From positions 1 through 64,000 of the IMG/VR virus record IMGVR_UViG_3300031841_005424: a DNA stretch of 64,000 nt. One strand, given 5' to 3'. Position numbers and translations under genes: made by a program. Shown piece by piece: positions 33,262 to 42,707 of this stretch. How positions within the stretch are numbered: position 1 is the stretch's first letter; every line of letters starts with the position of its first letter. This stretch comes from a virus. The notes beneath the pieces are model-generated. The model was given only the letters and a program-made list of their open reading frames with translations. It did no database searches and was not told where the DNA came from.

Positions 33262-35124
33262 TTATACAAATTTTATTTCACAGGCTCCGCCAGCACAAGC
33301 TGCCTCACCCTTAAGGTCTGTGTTGTCCTCTTCTTCGTTAATTTGAGTAAGATCAATTGACGTCAAGGAACCCATAAGTGCTTCATAGGTCTCCTTTGAA
33401 CAATCCTCAAAGGGAGCCTGCTTATAGGTGTGATCCGAAAACGGAAGCACAGATAGCCCATTATAGCTCTTTCTGTTTTCCCACATCCACTCTCCAACGT
33501 CTGCCCATTCAGCATCTTTAATAGAGATGGTAGCGGAAATATTGTGAGTGTTCTGACCCTTGCGAAAACCAGGCTTAACCCACTGATCTGTCACGCTTTT
33601 AACTCTCTTTAGCAGCTGAAGGGCTGATTCTGTTCGAAGAATCGAGCCTTCTGGAGCCTTTTGTGGCACAGAAATAACTGCAGTTGTGTGAGGGCTAAAA
33701 TATTCATCCTCAACAAGTTCTGAGTGATTAGTTGCCAAATAGTTATATATTGCTTCGCTTTTACCTACTCTTAGACGTCTAATATAATAATCATTATGCC
33801 AAGCGTGAATACCAGAGCTGGTTCCCAAAGTCAAAGATGTGGTTCCTGCAGGCTTAACACAGGTTGTTCTTGCTGCCGGATTGATTCCCAAAAGTTCTGC
33901 AACACGTGCATTTTCTTCTTTGACGCAATTAGCCGCTTCGGTCATATCAAGCTTGAGCACTGCCCCAGAGGCGATACCAGTCATAGAAACGCCGATGAGA
34001 GCGTCTTTTTCAGTTGTCCTACGCCACACATCACGAAGGTAGTGAAAGTCCGTATAACTGGCTTGTAGCGTGCCTATAAAGGCAGCTGCACGGACTCTTT
34101 CATTAAGATCTTCCTGGTTCTCGACATTAGAGACATTTACCTCTGTGAGATTACAGAACTGATAGGGTCGAAGACCAATCTCGCAGCAAGGATTAGTTCC
34201 CCAATCTTTATCATTTGAGAAATAGAAACCAGGCTCGCCGGCACCAGATGCCTTAACTCTGTCCCATAGGTTCATAAAATACTCTTTATCAATCTTGTGA
34301 CGCAAAAGAACCACCGAGTTGTTCGCTCTTCCTCTCTGAGGGTTAGTCTCCCACCAATTACCGGACTTTGCAGCGATCATATCCTCATCGTCTGCGGAAA
34401 ATAGTGAAATCAGAGCAGCCCTACGGATACCGCCTGCCAGCACAGCGTCAGCTATATGACAGATCATATCGTGTACTTCGATTGGCGTTAGTTTATCTCC
34501 ATTTTCCTTCTGTGACAGCATGCCTTCCAGCTTTACTAAACACTCACGAAGAGGTTGTGGTCCTGGGGCTTTACCTCCAGAAGTAATGAGAGCAGCACCT
34601 TTCGGGCGAATATCTGAAAAATCAAAACGAAGACGTGAACCTCCGTTAAAATAAGAGCGGACGAGTGCCTTTACAGCATCTGCCCAGCCCTCAATAGAAT
34701 CGTTAACGAGAAACCTTCTCGTGCGCTTAGAGTTGGGAAGCGTAATCTCTGGCAACCTCTCAACATGGTGCTTCTGTACTGAATATCCCACTCCTGTTCC
34801 GCCAAGAAGCAAAAACATAGCTTCACCAAAGCAGCGCCAGTCATCAGCAGGCATAAAAGCACAGTTAAAGATACGGTTTGGTGCAACTTCGATGGGCTTG
34901 CCACCAAATTGCATCGAGCGCATAGAAGGAAGAACCTTCTTATCAAATACCATTTTATAAGCTTTTCTAATCTGAAGTTCCATGTTCGGAAACTTCTTAA
35001 GGTGCATGTTCATATTCCTAGTTACAAGCTCAGCCCAAGTTTCCCTGCGTTGCTTATCCTCTAGATATCTAGCATACTTCATATGCACAGTGATCTCTGA
35101 TAAAATTCTATTTGATAATTCCAT
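33262..35124 (-). CDS. ribonucleotide reductase large subunit, probably class II (B12, monomeric type)
   Basis: RRETW, FNC, GGIRRAA, NPCCEI, CVKPAGT, C-terminal CAGGAC; no nrdB in window. Confidence 0.85.
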   Translation of the reverse strand: MELSNRILSEITVHMKYARYLEDKQRRETWAELVTRNMNMHLKKFPNMELQIRKAYKMVFDKKVLPSMRSMQFGGKPIEVAPNRIFNCAFMPADDWRCFGEAMFLLLGGTGVGYSVQKHHVERLPEITLPNSKRTRRFLVNDSIEGWADAVKALVRSYFNGGSRLRFDFSDIRPKGAALITSGGKAPGPQPLRECLVKLEGMLSQKENGDKLTPIEVHDMICHIADAVLAGGIRRAALISLFSADDEDMIAAKSGNWWETNPQRGRANNSVVLLRHKIDKEYFMNLWDRVKASGAGEPGFYFSNDKDWGTNPCCEIGLRPYQFCNLTEVNVSNVENQEDLNERVRAAAFIGTLQASYTDFHYLRDVWRRTTEKDALIGVSMTGIASGAVLKLDMTEAANCVKEENARVAELLGINPAARTTCVKPAGTTSLTLGTSSGIHAWHNDYYIRRLRVGKSEAIYNYLATNHSELVEDEYFSPHTTAVISVPQKAPEGSILRTESALQLLKRVKSVTDQWVKPGFRKGQNTHNISATISIKDAEWADVGEWMWENRKSYNGLSVLPFSDHTYKQAPFEDCSKETYEALMGSLTSIDLTQINEEEDNTDLKGEAACAGGACEIKFV

Positions 35125-35125
35125 T

Positions 35126-36517
35126 CTAATTTCCTCCGTTTCCTTCTTTACTACTCTTTTTAAAGACTGCGTATTTTTGCTTCAAATTGTCTAACCTCTC
35201 TTTAGAGGACCTTTCCACTATCTCACCTATAGACTCGTTTGTCTTATTTAGGACTTTTATTTTTACATTGCTCGTATCCATAAAAATAGGAAATATTAAA
35301 CCGTCGGGCCCATTCCTGTTTTTAGCAAGAAAGATGCGACCCTGATTGGTATTCTTATCCTCAATCGTTCTTGAAACAGTAAAAATAAAGTCTGCGACAA
35401 AACACTTATTGAACGCCTCTGATATCGATTCCATTGTTATTACTTCGGCATTCAACCCAGACCTATTCGTTTGTGATGCGGTCCACACAGGGCAACCACA
35501 TTCTTGTGCTAAGCCTCGCAACTCTTCGTAAATAGTCTCTAGTTGGTGCCTTTTTTCTGTCTTATTCGAAGATTCTGGCTTAATCAAATCTCCATAATCT
35601 ATGATTATCATGTCGGGCGTGAAATCTCTTCTTCGTAACTTATCGATATGATTTCTAATTGTCTGAATCGTTGCGGACCTAGTTGGATATTCCTTTACGA
35701 TCAATTTTCCTGTCAAATCTTTGATTTCATCATAAATCTTTTCTTTAAAAACCGCTAGATTCTTTAATTCAACACCTGTTATAGATGAATCGTATCTACT
35801 GGCCACAATAGTGTCTGCTAGCTCTAGCGTATAGTGCAGTACGTTCTTGCCTTGCTTAAGTGCTTGGGCGCCCAAATGAACCAAAACCATTGACTTGCCG
35901 GCACCAGTAGGTGCAACAACGACACCTAACTCGCCCTTTCCCAAGCCGCCCTTTGAAATGTCGTCAATCTGTTGCCATCCAGTTGAAATCGGATCTCGAG
36001 CACGGATTTCAAACCTCTTTTCAAAGTCCGCAATATATTCATACCCAAAAGAGTTATCAGAACCCAGCTTTAAAGCCCCGTCAATAATTTTAGACACTTC
36101 ATCAAAAGATGAAGACTTAATGAGATCAACTGATTTGATAAGTGCTTCTTTTAATTTTTGCTTTTTACAGAAATCAAGCGCAGTATCTTTGATATATTCA
36201 GAAGAGTTTGGGATGTGGCCTTTTGCCAGAACCCTTGCATAATACTCCCTGATTCGCACCTTGATTGATTCTGGTTCTGCATCCAAACCTGTTCGTATGA
36301 TGGAATGCATAATATTAGATGTAGGGTGGACTCCATACTTCTTTCTATACTCCTTGATCTTTTTGACGAAAACTCTAAGATGCTTCAACTCAAGGAAGTT
36401 GACGTCTAGAACCTCAAACATCTGATCAGCAAATGGCCTATCATTTAAGACAAGATGACACAAATCTTCCTGAAAAGATTTTCCAAATTTTGAAAAACTG
36501 ACTGTTGTAGGTTCCAT
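35126..36517 (-). CDS. DnaB/gp41-like replicative helicase
   Basis: APTGAGKS, YTLEL, IIIDY, TASQTNR, KNRNG. Confidence 0.93.
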   Translation of the reverse strand: MEPTTVSFSKFGKSFQEDLCHLVLNDRPFADQMFEVLDVNFLELKHLRVFVKKIKEYRKKYGVHPTSNIMHSIIRTGLDAEPESIKVRIREYYARVLAKGHIPNSSEYIKDTALDFCKKQKLKEALIKSVDLIKSSSFDEVSKIIDGALKLGSDNSFGYEYIADFEKRFEIRARDPISTGWQQIDDISKGGLGKGELGVVVAPTGAGKSMVLVHLGAQALKQGKNVLHYTLELADTIVASRYDSSITGVELKNLAVFKEKIYDEIKDLTGKLIVKEYPTRSATIQTIRNHIDKLRRRDFTPDMIIIDYGDLIKPESSNKTEKRHQLETIYEELRGLAQECGCPVWTASQTNRSGLNAEVITMESISEAFNKCFVADFIFTVSRTIEDKNTNQGRIFLAKNRNGPDGLIFPIFMDTSNVKIKVLNKTNESIGEIVERSSKERLDNLKQKYAVFKKSSKEGNGGN

Positions 36518-36557
36518 GATCTCCCTTGGTTTATTTATTTAGGTACTATATCAGATT

Positions 36558-37523
36558 TTAATCTGAAAAGGAAGTGATAATGTCATTAAATTTTTGCTCT
36601 AGGTCTGACATATTCACTGTTAACACACCATCTTGCAGCATCAATTTTCTCACTTCAGTTTGGTTATAATGTGGCTGATACTCTTCAAGAGTTTGATCTA
36701 TCCTGGTTTTACACTGGATAGACATTTGTGGTGAAGAAAGTTGCATAATATCATAGTTTTCCTTGATTATTTCTTCAGATTCCAGCACATTTTGATATAC
36801 CTTTAGTTTATTATTGTTGGAATCAGATGATTCGTCCAGAATATCAGATATGTAATAATCCTTATCTTCTTTTAAGAAAGGGAATCGTTTTGCAACGGTG
36901 CCCAATCCTACTCTAGGCACACCTGCAAGATTGTCGCTTGGGTCACCTGCCATAGCTCGAGCCAGAGCAAAATTCCTAGGATGAATACCATACTTCTCGA
37001 TAACGATGTTCGTATTTAACACCTCTTTTTGAATTGGCCTAAACAAGAGTGTCCTGTCATCCAACAATTGAATGAAATCTTTGTCGGCTGAAACAATAAC
37101 CTTTTGCCATTCCTGAAATGTTGAAGAAGATTTAATGTAAGATATCACATCATCTGCTTCTACCTCTGGTTCCATGAACTGAATGATTGGCGTATGATTG
37201 AGATACTCTATCACTCTGAGTTGCTGCCAAAGTTTGTTGTTATCTGTGTCTTGTGGCGTCATCCCATCAGAATCCCAATTGACCCTTAGAGGCTTTCTGC
37301 CAGCCTTATAATTCTTGTTCATGGATCTGCGCTTTCGTGATCCGCCTTGTCCATCCCAAACCACCACAATCATATCTGGTTTTGTTTCCCGAGTGATCTT
37401 GTTCAGGATGTTAATAAAGGTACGCATTCCTCCAATGGGGTTTCCGTTCGGATTCTTGCTAGGATCTACGATATAACCTCGCAGAAACTGATTGAACGCA
37501 TCTACAATCATTACTCTCTTCAT
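36558..37523 (-). CDS. 5'-3' exonuclease / flap endonuclease (T4 RNase H / Pol I N-terminal family)
   Basis: IVD, YKAGR, EADD, SADKDF, GDPSDNL-x-GVPRVG. Confidence 0.93.
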   Translation of the reverse strand: MKRVMIVDAFNQFLRGYIVDPSKNPNGNPIGGMRTFINILNKITRETKPDMIVVVWDGQGGSRKRRSMNKNYKAGRKPLRVNWDSDGMTPQDTDNNKLWQQLRVIEYLNHTPIIQFMEPEVEADDVISYIKSSSTFQEWQKVIVSADKDFIQLLDDRTLLFRPIQKEVLNTNIVIEKYGIHPRNFALARAMAGDPSDNLAGVPRVGLGTVAKRFPFLKEDKDYYISDILDESSDSNNNKLKVYQNVLESEEIIKENYDIMQLSSPQMSIQCKTRIDQTLEEYQPHYNQTEVRKLMLQDGVLTVNMSDLEQKFNDIITSFSD

Positions 37524-37543
37524 GTTTTATTCTCCAAATGAAT

Positions 37544-37564
37544 GGCCCGCCAGATAGGCGGGCC
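37544..37564 (-). terminator. GC-rich hairpin after recA (terminator or processing stem)
   Basis: GGCCCGCC/GGCGGGCC; weak U tract. Confidence 0.5.
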
Positions 37565-37572
37565 TGGTAGGG

Positions 37573-38715
37573 CTACTGAATCTCTTCGGAGAGATCTTCC
37601 GAATCGTAAAAATCAGTAGCGTTGCCTTGTCTATTCTTGAATTTCAGAATAACATCCTCGTCCATGATTGTCAAGACGCTTTTACGAAAATCTTCCTTTT
37701 GAAGCTTTTCTGCCCACTGCTTTCGCTGGAACTTTTCTTCTGAGCCATCATCCTTTACCAGAGCAAACCATGCTCCAGATTGCTTCAGTCTCTCAGAAAC
37801 TTGAATTGCATCAAACCAACTCTCCTCATCTTGAACGCCGATATCTTCATCACCCCAAAGAATCTTGAAGTTACAGGTTCTGCCGGCTGTACCAAAACGA
37901 GACTTCTCAAGCTTTACCTTGACCTCAGAGCCAATACGATATCCGTTTTCATCGGTAATAAAAGAGGCCTTTGCCTTTCGAGCAGTAAGCCAAACTCGGA
38001 GAGAGTAGGCATATGACATTGCCTTGCCACCCGGAGTGAAATAAGGTGTAGTCATAGCCTCTGCAGGGGTTCGAGCTGCCATGTTTGTCTTCAACTGATT
38101 AAGAACCAGCAACGTTGCATTAGCATCTGCAATAGGGATAGTCAACTTGGCCATACCCTTCGACAGAATTCTTGGCTTTACGGCCATAGAAGACTGAGGG
38201 TTAAAGTCACCCTCAACATCTGAAATGGAAGGCGTTAGCGCTAAAGAGTCCCAAATAAACAACCACTTGTTACCGGTGCTCAAAAGCTCTTCCATAGTCT
38301 CTAATACAAACTCTACTGACTCCGCTTGAACATACATGAGCCTCTCGAGATCACATCCTGCTCTCTCCAGAAAACTAGGGTCCAGAGCAGATTCTGAATC
38401 GAAATAAACAACATCGATCCCCATCTTTTGGGCATTGCCAGCAATCTGTGCTGCCATAAATGACTTACCAGTTGCTTCCAGGCCGGCAATCTCTGAGATC
38501 TTGCCGACTGGAACACCCGCTAGTTTACCCTTGCAGATGATTGAATCTAACCACCTGGACCCCGTAGGGATCCATTCAGTGACTTCAGTTGGGTTATTAT
38601 CTTGAAGAGAGTGTGCTACTTCTCTTCCTGCTTTCTTATTGATAATACCGCGAACGGCAGCAATATCAAGAGAGCCTTTACCCAATTTTGTAGTTTTTGT
38701 TTTTGCTCTAGCCAC
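37573..38715 (-). CDS. recA: RecA/UvsX recombinase
   Basis: IPTGS, GLEATGKS, FDSE, WDS, LNQL, TPGG, KSRF. Confidence 0.93.
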   Translation of the reverse strand: MARAKTKTTKLGKGSLDIAAVRGIINKKAGREVAHSLQDNNPTEVTEWIPTGSRWLDSIICKGKLAGVPVGKISEIAGLEATGKSFMAAQIAGNAQKMGIDVVYFDSESALDPSFLERAGCDLERLMYVQAESVEFVLETMEELLSTGNKWLFIWDSLALTPSISDVEGDFNPQSSMAVKPRILSKGMAKLTIPIADANATLLVLNQLKTNMAARTPAEAMTTPYFTPGGKAMSYAYSLRVWLTARKAKASFITDENGYRIGSEVKVKLEKSRFGTAGRTCNFKILWGDEDIGVQDEESWFDAIQVSERLKQSGAWFALVKDDGSEEKFQRKQWAEKLQKEDFRKSVLTIMDEDVILKFKNRQGNATDFYDSEDLSEEIQ

Positions 38716-38726
38716 CGTTCTTGCTC

Positions 38727-39485
38727 CTATGAGTTCAAAAGATCGTTAAAAGCTGCTTCGACAGCATTTGCGGATCCTTCAATTTCTGTTGGTTTTCCAT
38801 ACTTTTCGACTTCCGTATTTCCGGTTTCGCCTGACAGAAACTGATCCAGAATAGACTGGACCTCCTCTGTTGCCTTTCTTTCGAAAAGGGAATCAAAATC
38901 CGGAATAGTCTCGAGAAGTTCTGCACAACGCTCATCTCCACCGACTGCATCATCACAAAGAATGGTCTTTCGGGGGCGCGGTCGGATATCTGTTCGTGGG
39001 AAGCTGGCTCCAGGCAATTTCCCATACATCAGCTTCAAGTCGTTTCCATTTTCTGGATCTGTGATGTCTCCGTAGTCCGGGTCGAGCACGATAGTCAGAA
39101 GCTTTTCATATGCCATCTTACCATATCCCCAAATACGAATCCCCTGGTCCTCTTCTCCTCTGACCAAAACAGGGGAAAAGAAACGCTGCTTTGCGAAAAG
39201 ATCCTTGGCCTGGCGCTTACTCTCTTCAGTTCCCTCGTTCCAAAGCTGGTTTGCAAAGTTACAAACCGGGCAGTCATCTCCAAAGTTCCTCTTGGGGCAT
39301 AAGAAGCCAGATGTGCCAACGTTATAGTGGAAAAACCTCTCCTTGAAGGGGTCGCCGTCGGGAGTCGAAACGATCCTGACATTATTCTCTCCGTCTTCTG
39401 GGCGCCAAAACTGATTCTTGGTGCTGTCACCCTTTCCATTCAACTTATCGAGCTTTGCTCGCATTGCGTCTAAATTAAGTGCCAT
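38727..39485 (-). CDS. gp32-like single-stranded DNA-binding protein
   Basis: FWRP, H...C...CPVC zinc site, YGDITDPENG, acidic tail. Confidence 0.88.
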   Translation of the reverse strand: MALNLDAMRAKLDKLNGKGDSTKNQFWRPEDGENNVRIVSTPDGDPFKERFFHYNVGTSGFLCPKRNFGDDCPVCNFANQLWNEGTEESKRQAKDLFAKQRFFSPVLVRGEEDQGIRIWGYGKMAYEKLLTIVLDPDYGDITDPENGNDLKLMYGKLPGASFPRTDIRPRPRKTILCDDAVGGDERCAELLETIPDFDSLFERKATEEVQSILDQFLSGETGNTEVEKYGKPTEIEGSANAVEAAFNDLLNS

Positions 39486-39567
39486 ATTTAATACCTCCTA
39501 TGGTTATTGTTGTTTTTTTGCACTCTCGGCTATAGCAGGTCAGCAAATATCCTGACCAACTGTTGTA

Positions 39568-39596
39568 ATACTACTATATTTTTATTGTTCTGTCAA
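39568..39596 (-). promoter_or_regulatory. sigma70-type promoter for SSB/recA
   Basis: TTGACA-N17-TAGTAT. Confidence 0.65.
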
Positions 39597-40430
39597 CTGT
39601 ATTTTTGGAGAAAAATATTCGACATAAATGTAGTCGTTTTCGTATTGTGTCGAATAGATGCCAAAATAAGCTTTTCTTTCGTCTGCTATTCGGGCCTTGA
39701 CGCTAGTGGTCAAATCCCTAAGTAGACTACCTTGTGTCTTTAGTTTTTCCTCATTAATACCAAGGTAGTATAACACCTCCACTTCTTGCTTAAAAGGAGA
39801 AAACATCCTATCTTCACAATTGATGCTGCTGACACCAATGGTTCTTATTCTACAAGATTCCCTTATCTTTGAGAAGGTTGACATCACTGGTTTTGTGTTT
39901 TTGAAAAGCTCAATCATGTGATAGCTGTCACAAAAGATAGAATTTATCTGACTATAAAATTCGTAAATGTTTGCATCATCTCCTAAAAGATCTTGAAGGG
40001 TCTTGTTATCTACAACGGTAATATCCCTGAATAAGCCAGAACGCGCATATTCCTGTAGGACAGCTTTTACAACCTTTTCTTGCAAAAGCTGCTCATCTGA
40101 AAGAAAATCAAGAACCGGCTGAAAATAGACTACCCTTATGCTTGTTCCCTTCTTGTGAAGAGACTCTAAAATCTTTAGGCTCATAGCTGAGGTCTTTGAG
40201 GCTCCGCAGACAAAAAAGGTGACTTCTTCCTTAATTTTGCCAAGAAACTTGATCTTACTCAGTAAATTTAAGTTTTCATATTGTTCTGCTGAGTCTAGCT
40301 CTGGAACAATATAAGTGTTTTTAGAATTTTCACCATTATTTTTGATTCTATAGATGTTGTATTGTTCATACTTTTCTAAAGAGGTCACAATGTTGCATGC
40401 TGCGTTACCGAGAGCCAAAATATTCTTCAA
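39582..40430 (-). CDS. divergent tubulin/FtsZ (PhuZ-like) protein
   Basis: N-terminal ILALGNAACNI, FFVCGASKTSA at the GGGTG position, VVDN...INS. Confidence 0.55.
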   Translation of the reverse strand: MKNILALGNAACNIVTSLEKYEQYNIYRIKNNGENSKNTYIVPELDSAEQYENLNLLSKIKFLGKIKEEVTFFVCGASKTSAMSLKILESLHKKGTSIRVVYFQPVLDFLSDEQLLQEKVVKAVLQEYARSGLFRDITVVDNKTLQDLLGDDANIYEFYSQINSIFCDSYHMIELFKNTKPVMSTFSKIRESCRIRTIGVSSINCEDRMFSPFKQEVEVLYYLGINEEKLKTQGSLLRDLTTSVKARIADERKAYFGIYSTQYENDYIYVEYFSPKIQLTEQ

Positions 40431-41566
40431 ATTGTTACCTTCCTCATTTCTCCAAAATTCTTTCCAATACTCACGTTAGATAAGAACCTGCCAAAAAGAT
40501 TTGTTTCAAAAATATTCTTTATCTCTTCTACGAGACAGGAATCTTCTCTAGCAAAATCAAGAACAACAGAGTCATGCATCGTAAAGGCAATAAAGCTTCT
40601 TTTTCCTCTTAAAAGTTTCATTATATCGTAAGCGTTACTCAACACTATATCACTAGTTGTTGATTGAAGCAAATAATTTAATGCTCTTCTTTCGTCTACA
40701 GACAACCTTCTGCCAAATGGAGTTTGTATGGAATCGTTTACAAAATGTTCTAAATATGCTTTTTTATTATAGATTCTATCATAAACCTCATGCTCTGACT
40801 TTGGGTTATACAGCCAGGCAAAAAACTGCTCTTTTGCCTGTTCTCTGGAAATCCAAGGCTCTATCTGTTTCGTGTTCCAAGAGTGTATATCTTCTTTGGG
40901 TTGCTCAACACCAGAAAACGCTAACAGTGTTCTAATTTCAGCGCCATTTAAATCTAGCTCCAGATATAAATCATTTTTAGGCTTTATGTTTGATCTTTCG
41001 TTTTTATGTAAATTTAATACGGGAAATGATCCTTTTTTTGTTGCAAGTCTTCCAGTGGCAGAGGAGAACATATCGTACATCACCCTCTCGTCATTTCCAG
41101 AGACTTCGATATCCTGGTTTGCTATTTCTGATGTTAGGACGTGTATTTTGTGCAAAATATCATAGTCTGATGGCCTATCTATCTCTTTGGAAATACCCTT
41201 CATCGCTGACTCTCTCAAAGTGAGCCACCTGTTTAAAAGATGATCAGGCAACAAATCATAGAAACACAGAGAAGCAAGGTCTATTTTAGCTGTCAAAGCT
41301 GCTTTTTTCTGCGATTCTATCGCTTCTGCAACGCTTTTCATGTATATTGGATCACTAGAGTATCCTTCTAGGGATTCCGATCGCAAATAAAGGCTTAAAT
41401 AAGTATATTTAGCGTCTTCTTGTAGAATAGGCGAATGTTTCCAGGCAAAACTTGATTCTTTCAATATCTGCGAAAAACCCTCAAAGTAAACCTGACCTTC
41501 TGTGAAAATACCTACACAATTGTTTTCGATATTAAGTGCTTGGATTATTCTCTCTTCTTGATTCAT
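40427..41566 (-). CDS. miniature family-A DNA polymerase (polymerase core only)
   Basis: ATGRL, motif A DLNGAEIR, motif B R-x3-K-x3-F-x3-Y, TPFGR, NYLLQS, motif C HDS. Confidence 0.85.
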   Translation of the reverse strand: MNQEERIIQALNIENNCVGIFTEGQVYFEGFSQILKESSFAWKHSPILQEDAKYTYLSLYLRSESLEGYSSDPIYMKSVAEAIESQKKAALTAKIDLASLCFYDLLPDHLLNRWLTLRESAMKGISKEIDRPSDYDILHKIHVLTSEIANQDIEVSGNDERVMYDMFSSATGRLATKKGSFPVLNLHKNERSNIKPKNDLYLELDLNGAEIRTLLAFSGVEQPKEDIHSWNTKQIEPWISREQAKEQFFAWLYNPKSEHEVYDRIYNKKAYLEHFVNDSIQTPFGRRLSVDERRALNYLLQSTTSDIVLSNAYDIMKLLRGKRSFIAFTMHDSVVLDFAREDSCLVEEIKNIFETNLFGRFLSNVSIGKNFGEMRKVTI

Positions 41567-42707
41567 ATATACTCTTTATTATTTCCGCAGATATCTGCCC
41601 GATCTTACCTGTAGCTTGTTTTATACCATAGATCCTATAGTTTTGCAAGACAATTTCTTCATTTTGTCTGAAAGCTTCATCTGAATATTTTCCAAGCTCC
41701 ATCATGCGGACCATAAGTAAAAGGCTCAACCATTCCTCAGAAGAGAGCATCTCAATCTCTGGTCGGAACACATTACTGATCTCAGTTGAGGAGCTTCTAT
41801 TATTATAGCGTATTTCTGTGAAGAATGGAACTTGTTTCTTTATATCGTTGTACGTTTTTATGACAAAGTCCTGCAAATCATATAAATCATCATCGTGAGA
41901 TTTGAGGCGATATATTGAATCCATGATTTTTTCTACATCATAAGGTGCCGCATTCTCATCCAAAGCTGCTCCAGCCTTCCGAATTCTAGTTTTTATTGTT
42001 GGGTGCTCCAAATTGGCGTGCAATCTCCAAGGGCTATATTTGTCGACAAAAAAACCGTTAGAAGAAGCATAGTCCAAAAAACATTGGAAATTAGGGCTTT
42101 GTATTATTTCACCTTTCTCGAAATCACTATTGTAATCCAAATTCGATAGTTCTACGGACAATCCAGAAGTTCTAATATTATTGTGTCTCGAAAGTATGAA
42201 TCCGCTCCTCGTTACCGGGAATGCGTTAATGTGGGTTTTCAATAATTGCTTTAAAGCAATCAAATAGCATCTGTAGTCATTAACGGTGCGGTCATTCTGC
42301 AATAGAGAAGAATACTTGATAGAAACATAGGTCAAATAATCGCCATATAGCGGCTCTAAGGGCTCATATCCCAAAACCGGCACTACACCATCCAAAAAGG
42401 GTGGATACCCTCTTGTAGTGTTCTCAATGCGCGTGGTATAGTCGTTTCTAAAGGCATTGAATGCCTTCGCAACAAACCCAAGACATCTAACATCACTAGC
42501 TATATCTCCGATTGAAATCATAACATCGGGGTCGTCAATCAAATAAACTGGCTCATAGTTCTTGTTGATCAGGCCATATGAGAAATTGTTGTATAACGTG
42601 TCGATCATCCCAGGAAAATCAACCAGAGTCTTATATTTAAGCCTCTCACTAAACTCTGCTTTAAGCGTAGAAGTAGAACCGCCTAAAAATGTTATTTTTT
42701 CAGCCAC
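41532..42707 (-). CDS. hypothetical protein (end of baseplate operon)
   Basis: 391-aa ORF coupled to upstream gene. Confidence 0.7.
   Translation of the reverse strand: MAEKITFLGGSTSTLKAEFSERLKYKTLVDFPGMIDTLYNNFSYGLINKNYEPVYLIDDPDVMISIGDIASDVRCLGFVAKAFNAFRNDYTTRIENTTRGYPPFLDGVVPVLGYEPLEPLYGDYLTYVSIKYSSLLQNDRTVNDYRCYLIALKQLLKTHINAFPVTRSGFILSRHNNIRTSGLSVELSNLDYNSDFEKGEIIQSPNFQCFLDYASSNGFFVDKYSPWRLHANLEHPTIKTRIRKAGAALDENAAPYDVEKIMDSIYRLKSHDDDLYDLQDFVIKTYNDIKKQVPFFTEIRYNNRSSSTEISNVFRPEIEMLSSEEWLSLLLMVRMMELGKYSDEAFRQNEEIVLQNYRIYGIKQATGKIGQISAEIIKSIYESRRENNPST

Noticed and set aside
24391-38715. Inteins or introns in dnaE, RNR, helicase, recA
   Set aside because: Protein lengths are ordinary, and no intein splice motifs or homing endonuclease ORFs were seen.
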